Positions 55,001 through 64,000 of a DNA stretch of 64,000 nucleotides are shown in pieces (position 1 is the first letter of the stretch; each line of letters begins with the position of its first letter). This stretch comes from Malacoraja senta (taxonomy: Eukaryota). The notes below the pieces were generated by a model. It made no database searches. It was not told where the DNA came from and saw only the letters and a program-made list of their open reading frames with translations. The position numbers and the translations under genes were made by a program. Location of the stretch: positions 310,001 to 374,000 of the forward strand of contig JAXLNO010000350.1 in the NCBI GenBank assembly GCA_038087875.1. The letters run 5' to 3'.

Positions 55001-58000
55001 GGCTGAAGGAAGGGCCTGTTTCCGTGACTCTGGGACTAGTGTAGATGGGGCATGTTGGCTGGTGTGGGCAATTTGGGCGGAAGGGCCTGTTTCCGTGAGT
55101 CTGGGACTAGTGTAGGGGCATGTTGGCCGGTGTGGGCAATTTGGGCTGAAGGGCCTGTTTCCGTGACTCTGGGACTAGTGTAGATGGGGCAAGTTGGCCG
55201 GTGTGGGCAAGTTGGGCTGAAGGGCCTGTTTCCGTGACTCTGGGACTAGTGTAGATGGGGCATGTTGGCCGGTGTGGGCAAAGTTGGGCTGAAGGAAGGG
55301 CCTGTTTCCATGACTCTGGGACTAGTGTAGATGGGGCATGTTGTTCGGTGTGGGCAAGTTGGGCCTGAAGGAAGGGCCTGTTTCCGTGACTCTGGGACTA
55401 GTGTAGATGGGGCATGTTGGCTGGTGTGGGCAAGTTGGGCTGAAGGAAGGGCCTGTTTCCGTGACTCTGGACTAGTGTAGATGGGGCATTTTGGCCGGTG
55501 TGGGCAAGTTGGGCTGAAGGGCCTGTTTCCGTGACTCTGCGACTAGTGTAGATGGGGCATGTTGGCTGGCGTGGGCAAGTTAGGGCTGAAGGAAGGGCCT
55601 GTTTCCGTGACGCTGGGCCTAGTGTAGATGGGGCTTGTTGGTCGGTGTGGGCAAGTTGGGCTGAAGGAAGGGCCTGTTTCCGTGACTCTGGGACTAGTGT
55701 AGATGGGGCATGTTGGTCGGTGTGGGCAAGTTGGGCTGAAGGAAGGGCCTGTTTCCGTGACTATGGGACTAGTGTAGATGGGGCATGTTGGCCGGTATGG
55801 GCAAGTTGGGCTGAAGGGCCTGTTTCCGTGACTCTGGGACTAGTGTAGATGGGGCATGTTGGCCGGTGTGGGCAAGTTGGGCTGAAGGAAGGGCCTGTTT
55901 CCGTGACTATGTGACTAGTGTAGATGGGGCATGTTGGCCGGTGTGGACAAGTTGGGCTGAAGGGCCTGTTTCCGTGACTCTGGGACTAGTGTAGATGGGG
56001 CATGTTGGCCGGTGTGGGCAAGTTGGGCTGAAGGGCCTGTTTCCGTGACTCTGGGACTAGTGTAGATGGGGCATGTTGGCTGGTGTGGGCAATATGGGCT
56101 GAAGGGCCTGTTTCGGTGACTCTGGGACTAGTGTAGGGGCATGTTGGCTGATGTGGGCAATTTGGGCTGAAGGGCCTGTTTCCGTGACTCTGGGACTAGT
56201 GTAGGGGCATGTTGGCTGGTGTGGGCAATTTGGGCTGAAGGGCCTGTTTCCGTGACTCTGGGACTAGTGTAGGGGCATGTTGGCTGGTGTGGGCAATTTG
56301 GGCTGAAGGGCCTGTTTCCGTGACTCTGGAACTAGTGTAGATGGGGCATGTTGGCCGGTGTGGAAAGTTGGGCTGAAGGGCCTGTTTCCGTGACTCTGGG
56401 ACTAGTGTAGATGGGGCATGTTGGCCGGTGTGGGCAGGTTGGGCTGAAGGAAGGGCCTGTTTCCGTGACTCTGGGACTAGTGTAGATGGGGCATGTTGGC
56501 CGGTGTGGGCAAGTTGGGCTGAAGGAAGGGCCTGTTTCCGTGACTCTGGGACTAGTGTAGATGGGCATGTTGGCTGGTGTGGGCAAGTTGGGCTGAAGGG
56601 CCTGCTTCCGTGACTCTGGGACTAGTGTAGATGGGGCATGTTGGCCGGTGTGGGCAAGTTGGGCTGAAGGAAGGGCCTGTTTCCCGTGACTCTGGGACTA
56701 GTGTAGATGGGGTATGTTGGCTGGTGTGGGCAATTGGGGCTGAAGGGCCTGTTTCCGTGACTCTGGGACTAGTGTAGATGGGGCATGTTGGCCGGTGTGG
56801 GCAAGTTGGGCTGAAGGAAGGGCCTGTTTCCGTGACTCTGGGACTAGTGTAGATGGGGGATGTTGGCCGGTGTGGGCAAGTTGGGCTGAAGGAAGGGCCT
56901 CTTTCCGTGACTCTGGGACTAGTGTAGATGGGGCATGTTGGCCGGTGTGGACAAGTTGGGCTGAAGGGCCTGCTTCCATGACTCTGGGACTAGTGTAGAT
57001 GGGGCATGTTGGCTGGTGTGGGCAATTTGGGCTGAAGGGCCTGTTTCCGTGACTCTGGGACTAGTGTAGGGGCATGTTGGCCGGTGTGGGCAAGTTGGGC
57101 TGAAGGGCCTGTTTACGTGACTCTGGGACTAGTGTAGATGGGGCATGTTGGCCGATGTGGGCAAGTTGGGCTGAAGGAAGGGCCTGTTTCCGTGACTCTG
57201 GGACTAGTGTAGATGGGCATGTTGTTCGGTGTGGGCAAGTTGGGCCTAAAGGAAAGGCCTGTTTCCGTGACTCTGGGACTAGTGTAGATGGGGCATGTTG
57301 GCTGGTGTGGGCAAGTTGGGCTGAAGGAAAGGGGCCTGTTTCCGTGACTCTGGGACTAGTGTAGATGGGGCATGTTGGCCGGTGTGGGCAAGTTGGGCTG
57401 AAGGGCCTGTTTCCGTGACTCTGCGACTAGTGTAGATGGGGCATGTTGGCTGGCGTGGGCAAGTTGGGCTGAAGGAAGGGCCTGTTTCCGTGACGCTGGG
57501 ACTAGTGTAGATGGGGCCATGTTGGTCGGTGTGGGCAAGTTGGGCTGAAGGAAGGGCCTGTTTCCGTGACTCTGGGACTTGTGTAGATGGGGCATGTTGG
57601 TCGGTGTGGGCAAGTTGGGCTGAAGGAAGGCCTGTTTCCGTGACTCTGGGACTAGTGTAGATTGGGCATGTTGGCCGGTGTGGGCAAGTTGGGCTGAAGG
57701 GCCTGTTTCCGTGACTGAGGGACTAGTGTAGATGGGGCATGTTGGCCGGTGTGGGCAAGTTGGGCTGAAGGAAGGGCCTCTTTCCGTGTCTCTGGGACTA
57801 GTGTAGATGGGCATGTTGGCCGGTGTGGACAAGTTGGGCTGAAGGGCCTGTTTCCATGACTCTGGGACTAGTGTAGATTGGGCATGTTGGCCGGTGTGGG
57901 CAAGTTGGGCTGAAGGGCCTGTTTCCGTGACTCTGGGACTAGTGTAGATGGGGCCATGTTGGCTGGTGTGGGCAATTTGGGCTGAAGGGCCTGTTTCGGT

Positions 58001-61000
58001 GACTCTGGGACTAGTGTAGGGCATGTTGGCTGGTGTGGCAATTTGGGCTGAAGGGCCTGTTTCCGTGACTCTGGGACTAGTGTAGGGGCATGTTGGCTGG
58101 TGTGGGCAATTTGGGCTGAAGGGCTGTTTCCCGTGACTCTGGGACTAGTGTAGATGGGGCATGTTGGCCGGTGTGGGCAAGTTGGGCTGAAGGGACTGTT
58201 TCCGTGGACTCTGGGACTAGTGTAGATGGGGCATGTTGGCCGGTGTGGGCAAGTTGGGCTGAAGGAAGGGCCTGTTTCCGTGACTCTGGGACTAGTGTAG
58301 ATGGGGCATGTTGGCCGGTGTGGGCAAGTTGGGCTGAAGGAAGGGCCTGTTTCCGTGACTCTGGGGACTAGTGTAGATGGGGCATGTTGGCTGGTGTGGG
58401 CAAGTTGGGCTGAAGGGCCTGCTTCCGTGACTCTGGGACTAGTGTAGATGGGGTATGTTGGCTGGTGTGGGCAATTTGGGCTGAAGGGGCCTGTTTCCGT
58501 GACTCTGGGACTAGTGTAGATGGGGCATGTTGGCCGGTGTGGGCAAGTTGGGCTGAAGGAAGGGCCTGTTTCCGTGACTCTGGGACTAGTGTAGATGGGG
58601 CATGTTGGCCGGTGTGGGCAAGTTGGGCTGAAGGAAGGGCCTCTTTCCGTGACTCTGGGACTAGTGTAGATGGGGCATGTTGGCCGGTGTGGACAAGTTG
58701 GGCTGAAGGGCCTGTTTCCATGACTCTGGGACTAGTGTAGATGGGGCATGTTGGCCGGTGTGGGCAAGTTGGGCTGAAGGGCCTGTTTCCTTGACTCTGG
58801 GACTAGTGTAGATGGGGCATATTGGCTGGTGTGGGCAATTTGGGCTGAAGGGCCTGTTTCCGTGACTCTGGGACTAGTGTAGGGGCATGTTGGCCGGTGT
58901 GGGCAAGTTGGGCTGAAGGGCCTGTTTCCGTGACTCTGGGACTAGTGTAGATGGGGCATGTTGGCCGGTGTGGGGCAAGTTGGGCTGAAGGAAGGGCCTG
59001 TTTCCGTGACTCTGGGACTAGTGTAGATGGGGCATGTTGGCCGGTGTGGGCAAGTTGGGCTGAAGGAAGGCCTGTTTCCGTGACTCTGGGACTAGTGTAG
59101 ATGGGGCATGTTGGCTGGTGGGGCAAGTTGGGCTGAAGGGCCTGCTTCCGTGACTCTGGGACTAGTGTAGATGGGGTATGTTGGCTGGTGTGGGCAATTT
59201 GGGCTGAAGGGCCTGTTTCCGTGACTCTGGGACTAGTGTAGATGGGGCATGTTGGCCGGTGTGGGCAAGTTGGGCTGAAGGAAGGGCCTGTTTCCGTGAC
59301 TCTGGGACTAGTGTAGATGGGGCATGTTGGCCGGTGTGGGCAAGTTGGGCTGAAGGAAGGGCCTCTTTCCGTGACTCTGGGACTAGTGTAGATGGGGCAT
59401 GTTGGCCGGTGTGGACAAGTTGGGCTGAAGGGCCTGTTTCCATGACTCTGGGACTAGTGTAGATGGGGCATGTTGGCCGGTGTGGGCAAGTTGGGCTGAA
59501 GGCCTGTTTCCGTGACTCTGGGACTAGTGTAGATGGGCATATTGGCTGGTGTGGGCAATTTGGGCTGAAGGGCCTGTTTCCGTGACTCTGGGACTAGTGT
59601 AGGGGCATGTTGGCCGGTGTGGGCAAGTTGGGCTGAAGGGCCTGTTTCCGTGACTCTGGGACTAGTGTAGATGGGCATGTTGGCCGATGTGGGCAAGTTG
59701 GGCTGAAGAAGGGCCTGTTTCCGTGACTCTGGGACTAGTGTAGATGGGGCATGTTGTTCGGTGTGGGCAAGTTGGGCCTGAAGGAAAGGCCTGTTTCCGT
59801 GACTCTGGGACTAGTGTAGATGGGGCATGTTTGGCTGGTGTGGGCAAGTTGGGCTGAAGGACGGGCCTATTTCCGTGACTCTGGGACTAGTGTAGATGGG
59901 GCATGTTGGCCGGTGTGGGCAAGTTGGGCTGAAGGGCCTGTTCCGTGACTCTGCGACTAGTGTAGATGGGGCATGTTGGCAGGCGTGGGGCAAGTGGGCT
60001 GAAGGAAGGGCCTGTTTCCGTGACGCTGGGACTAGTGTAGATGGGGCATGTTGGCCGGTGTGGGCAAGTTGGGCTGAAGGGCCTGTTTCCGTGACTCTGG
60101 GACTAGTGTAGATGGGGCATGTTGGCCGGTGTGGGCAAGTTGGGCTGAAGAAGGGCCTGTTTCCGTGACTCTGGGACTAGTGTAGATGGGGCATGTTGGC
60201 CGGTGTGGGCAAGTTGGGCTGAAGGAAGGGCCTGTTTCCGTGACTCTGGGACTAGTGTAGATGGGGCATGTTGGCTGGTGTGGGCAAGTTGGGCTGAAGG
60301 GCCTGCTTCCGTGACTCTGGGACTAGTGTAGATGGGGTATGTTGGCTGGTGTGGGCAATTTGGGCTGAAGGGCCTGTTTCCGTGACTCTGGGACTAGTGT
60401 AGATGGGGCATGTTGGCCGGTGTGGGCAAGTTGGGCTGAAGGAAGGGCCTGTTTCCGTGACTCTGGGACTAGTGTAGATGGGGCATGTTGGCCGGTGTGG
60501 GCAAGTTGGGCTGAAGGAAGGGCCTCTTTCCGTGACTCTGGGACTAGTGTAGATGGGGCATGTTGGCCGGTGTGGACAAGTTGGGCTGAAGGGCCTGTTT
60601 CCATGACTCTGGGACTAGTGTAGATGGGGCATGTTGGCCGGTGTGGGCAAGTTGGGCTGAAGGGCCTGTTTCCGTGACTCTGGGACTAGTGTAGATGGGG
60701 CATATTGGCTGGTGTGGGCAATTTGGGCTGAAGGGGCCTGTTTCCGTGACTCTGGGACTAGTGTAGGGGCATGTTGGCCGGTGTGGGCAAGTTGGGCTGA
60801 AGGGCCTGTTTCCGTGACTCTGGGACTAGTGTAGATGGGGCATGTTGGCCGGTGTGGGCAAGTTGGGCTGAAGGAAGGGCCTGTTTCCGTGACTCTGGGA
60901 CTAGTGTAGATGGGGCATGTTGGCCGGTGTGGGCAAGTTGGGCTGAAGGAAGGGCCTGTTTCCGTGACTCTGGGACTAGTGTAGATGGGGCATGTTGGCT

Positions 61001-64000
61001 GGTGTGGGCAAGTTGGGCTGAAGGGCCTGCTTCCGTGACTCTGGGACTAGTGTAGATGGGGTATGTTGGCTGGTGTGGGCAATTTGGGCTGAAGGGCCTG
61101 TTTCGTGACTCTGGGACTAGTGTAGATGGGGCATGTTGGCCGGTGTGGGCAAGTTGGGCTGAAGGGAAGGGCCTGTTTCCGTGACTCTGGGACTAGTGTA
61201 GATGGGGCATGTTGGCCGGTGTGGGCAAGTTGGGCTGAAGGAAGGGCCTCTTTTCCGTGACTCTGGGGACTAGTGTAGATGGGGCATGTGGCCGGTGTGG
61301 ACAAGTTGGGCTGAAGGGCCTGTTTCCATGACTCTGGGACTAGTGTAGATGGGGCATGTTGGCCGGTTGTGGGCAAGTTGGGCTGAAGGGCCTGTTTCCG
61401 TGACTCTGGGACTAGTGTAGATGGGGCATATTGGCTGGTGTGGGCAATTTGGGCTGAAGGCCTGTTTCCGTGACTCTGGGACTAGTGTAGGGGCATGTTG
61501 GCCGGTGTGGGCAAGTTGGGCTGAAGGGCCTGTTTCCGTGACTCTGGGACTAGTGTAGATGGGGCATGTTGGCCGATGTGGGCAAGTTGGGCTGAAGGAA
61601 GGGCCTGTTTCCGTGACTCTGGGACTGTGTAGATGGGGCATGTTGTTCGGTGTGGGCAAGTTGGGCCTGAAGGAAAGGCCTGTTTCCGTGACTCTGGGAC
61701 TAGTGTAGATGGGGCATGTTGGCTGGTGTGGGCAAGTTGGGCTGAAGGAAGGGCCTATTTCCGTGACTCTGGGACTAGTGTAGATGGGGCATGTTGGCCG
61801 GTGTGGGCAAGTTGGGCTGAAGGGCCTGTTTCCGTGACTCTGCGACTAGTGTAGATGGGGCATGTTGGCAGGCGTGGGCAAGTTGGGCTGAACGAAGGGC
61901 CTGTTTCCGTGACGCTGGGACTAGTGTAGATGGGGCATGTTGGCCGGTGTGGGCAAGTTGGGCTGAAGGGCCTGTTTCCGTGACTGAGGGACTAGTGTAG
62001 ATGGGGGCATGTTGGCCGGTGCGGGCAAGTTGGGCTGAAGGAAGGGCCTCTTTCCGTGACTCTGGGGACTAGTGTAGATGGGGCATGGGCTGGTGTGGAC
62101 AAGTTGGGCTGAAGGGCCTGCTTCCATGACTCTGGGACTAGTGTAGATGGGGCATGTTGGCCGGTGTGGGCAAGTTGGGCTGAAGGGCCTGTTTCCGTGA
62201 CTCTGGGACTAGTGTGGATGGGGCATGTTGGCTGGTGTGGGCAATTTGGGCTGAAGGGCCTGTTTCCGTGACTCTGGGACTAGTGTAGGGGCATGTTGGC
62301 CGGTGTGGGCAAGTTGGGCTGAAGGGCCTGTTTCCGTGACTCTGGGACTAGTGTAGATGGGGCATGTTGGCCGATGTGGGCAAGTTGGGCTGAAGGAAGG
62401 GCCTGTTTCCGTGACTCTGGGACTAGTGTAGATGGGGCATGTTGTTCGGTGTGGGCAAGTTGGGCCTAAAGGAAAGGCCTGTTTCCGTGACTCTGGGACT
62501 AGTGTAGATGGGGCATGTTGGCTGGTGTGGGCAAGTTGGGCTGAAGGAAGGGCCTGTTTCCGTCACTCTGGGACTAGTGTAGATGGGGCATGTTGGCCGG
62601 TGTGGGCAAGTTGGGCTGAAGGGCCTGTTTCCGTGACTCTGCGACTAGTGTAGATGGGGCATGTTGGCTGGCGTGGGCAAGTTGGGCTGAAGGAAGGGCC
62701 TGTTTCCGTGACGCTGGGACTAGTGTAGATGGGGCATGTTGGTCGGTGTGGGCAAGTTGGGCTGAAGGAAGGGCCTGTTTCCGTGACTCTGGGACTTGTG
62801 TAGATGGGGCATGTTGGTCGGTGTGGGCAAGTTGGGCTGAAGGAAGGGCCTGTTTCCGTGACTCTGGGACTAGTGTAGATGGGGCATGTTGGCCGGTGTG
62901 GGCAAGTTGGGCTGAAGGGCCTGTTTCCGTGACTGAGGGACTAGTGTAGATGGGGCATGTTGGCCGGTGTGGGCAAGTTGGGCTGAAGGAAGGGCCTCTT
63001 TCCGTGTCTCTGGGACTAGTGTAGATGGGGCATGTTGGCCGGTGTGGACAAGTTGGGCTGAACGGCCTGTTTCCATGACTCTGGGACTAGTGTAGATTGG
63101 GCATGTTGGCCGGTGTGGGCAAGTTGGGCTGAAGGGCCTGTTTCCGTGACTCTGGGACTAGTGTAGATGGGGCATGTTGGCTGGTGTGGGCAATTTGGGC
63201 TGAAGGGCATGTTTCGGTGACTCTGGGACTAGTGTAGGGGCATGTTGGCTGGTGTGGGCAATTTGGGCTGAAGGGCCTGTTTCCGTGACTCTGGGACTAG
63301 TGTAGGGGCATGTTGGCTGGTGTGGGCAATTTGGGCTGAAGGGCCTGTTTCCGTGACTCTGGGACTAGTGTAGATGGGGCATGTTGGCCGGTGTGGGCAA
63401 GTTGGGCTGAAGGGCCTGTTTCCGTGACTCTGGGACTAGTGTAGATGGGGCATGTTGGCCGGTGTGGGCAAGTTGGGCTGAAGGAAGGGCCTGTTTCCGT
63501 GACTCTGGGACTAGTGTAGATGGGGCATGTTGGCCGGTGTGGGCAAGTTGGGCTGAAGGAAGGGCCTGTTTCCGTGACTCTGGGACTAGTGTAGATGGGG
63601 CATGTTGGCTGGTGTGGGCAAGTTGGGCTGAAGGGCCTGCTTCCGTGACTCTGGGACTAGTGTAGATGGGGTATGTTGGCTGGTGTGGGCAATTTGGGCT
63701 GAAGGGCCTGTTTCCGTGTATCTGGGACTAGTGTAGATGGGGCATGTTGGCCGGTGTGGGCAAGTTGGGCTGAAGGAAGGCCTGTTTCCGTGACTCTGGG
63801 ACTAGTGTAGATGGGGCATGTTGGCCGGTGTGGGCAAGTTGGGCTGAAGGAAGGGCCTCTTTCCGTGACTCTGGGACTAGTGTAGATGGGGCATGTTGGC
63901 CGGTGTGGACAAGTTGGGCTGAAGGGCCTGTTTCCCTGACTCTGGGACTAGTGTAGATGGGGCATGTTGGCCGGTGTGGGCAAGTTGGGCTGAAGGGCCT
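31007..64000 (+). repeat. Satellite array, 69/71/75-bp monomer, roughly 460 copies, running off the window end
   Basis: Consensus GGGACTAGTGTAG(AT)GGGGCATGTTGGC(C/T)GGTGTGGGCAA(G/T)TTGGGCTGAAG(GAAG)GGCCTGTTTCCGTGACTCT, head-to-tail. No foreign insertion was noticed. Confidence 0.99.

Noticed and set aside
31007..64000. CRISPR array or repetitive protein gene (many ORFs such as MWASWAEGRACFRDSGTSVDG)
   Set aside because: There are no unique spacers or cas genes and the context is eukaryotic. Monomer lengths of 69/71/75 shift frame constantly, so the ORFs are by-products.

Overview
Eukaryotic, vertebrate-type genomic DNA. The CR1/HER1-type LINE tails, Penelope repeats and ZNF style suggest a cartilaginous fish such as a skate or ray; this is inference, not a database result. 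Bases 1-31 kb are a dense nest of retroelements: many CR1 fragments, one near-full-length CR1 (ORF1 esterase plus APE/RT ORF2), Rex1/Babar, L1, Penelope GIY-YIG, a decayed BEL/Pao LTR element and small DNA-transposon or Helitron-like pieces. These surround one tandem C2H2 zinc-finger coding exon (21.3-22.6 kb) and a duplicated YY1/CCAAT promoter with first exon. A 200-N gap lies at 8863-9062. From about 31007 to the window end is a >33-kb satellite of 69/71/75-bp monomers with higher-order repeats. Its monomer is the 3' UTR tail of a CR1 subfamily also present as dispersed copies in this window, and the array starts in place from the last codons of a CR1 ORF2. Other notable items are an isolated Rootletin/CEP250-like exon fragment near Helitron-like termini, hammerhead-ribozyme cores in Penelope repeats, and a 25.0-kb-spaced duplication suggesting a tandem ZNF cluster.
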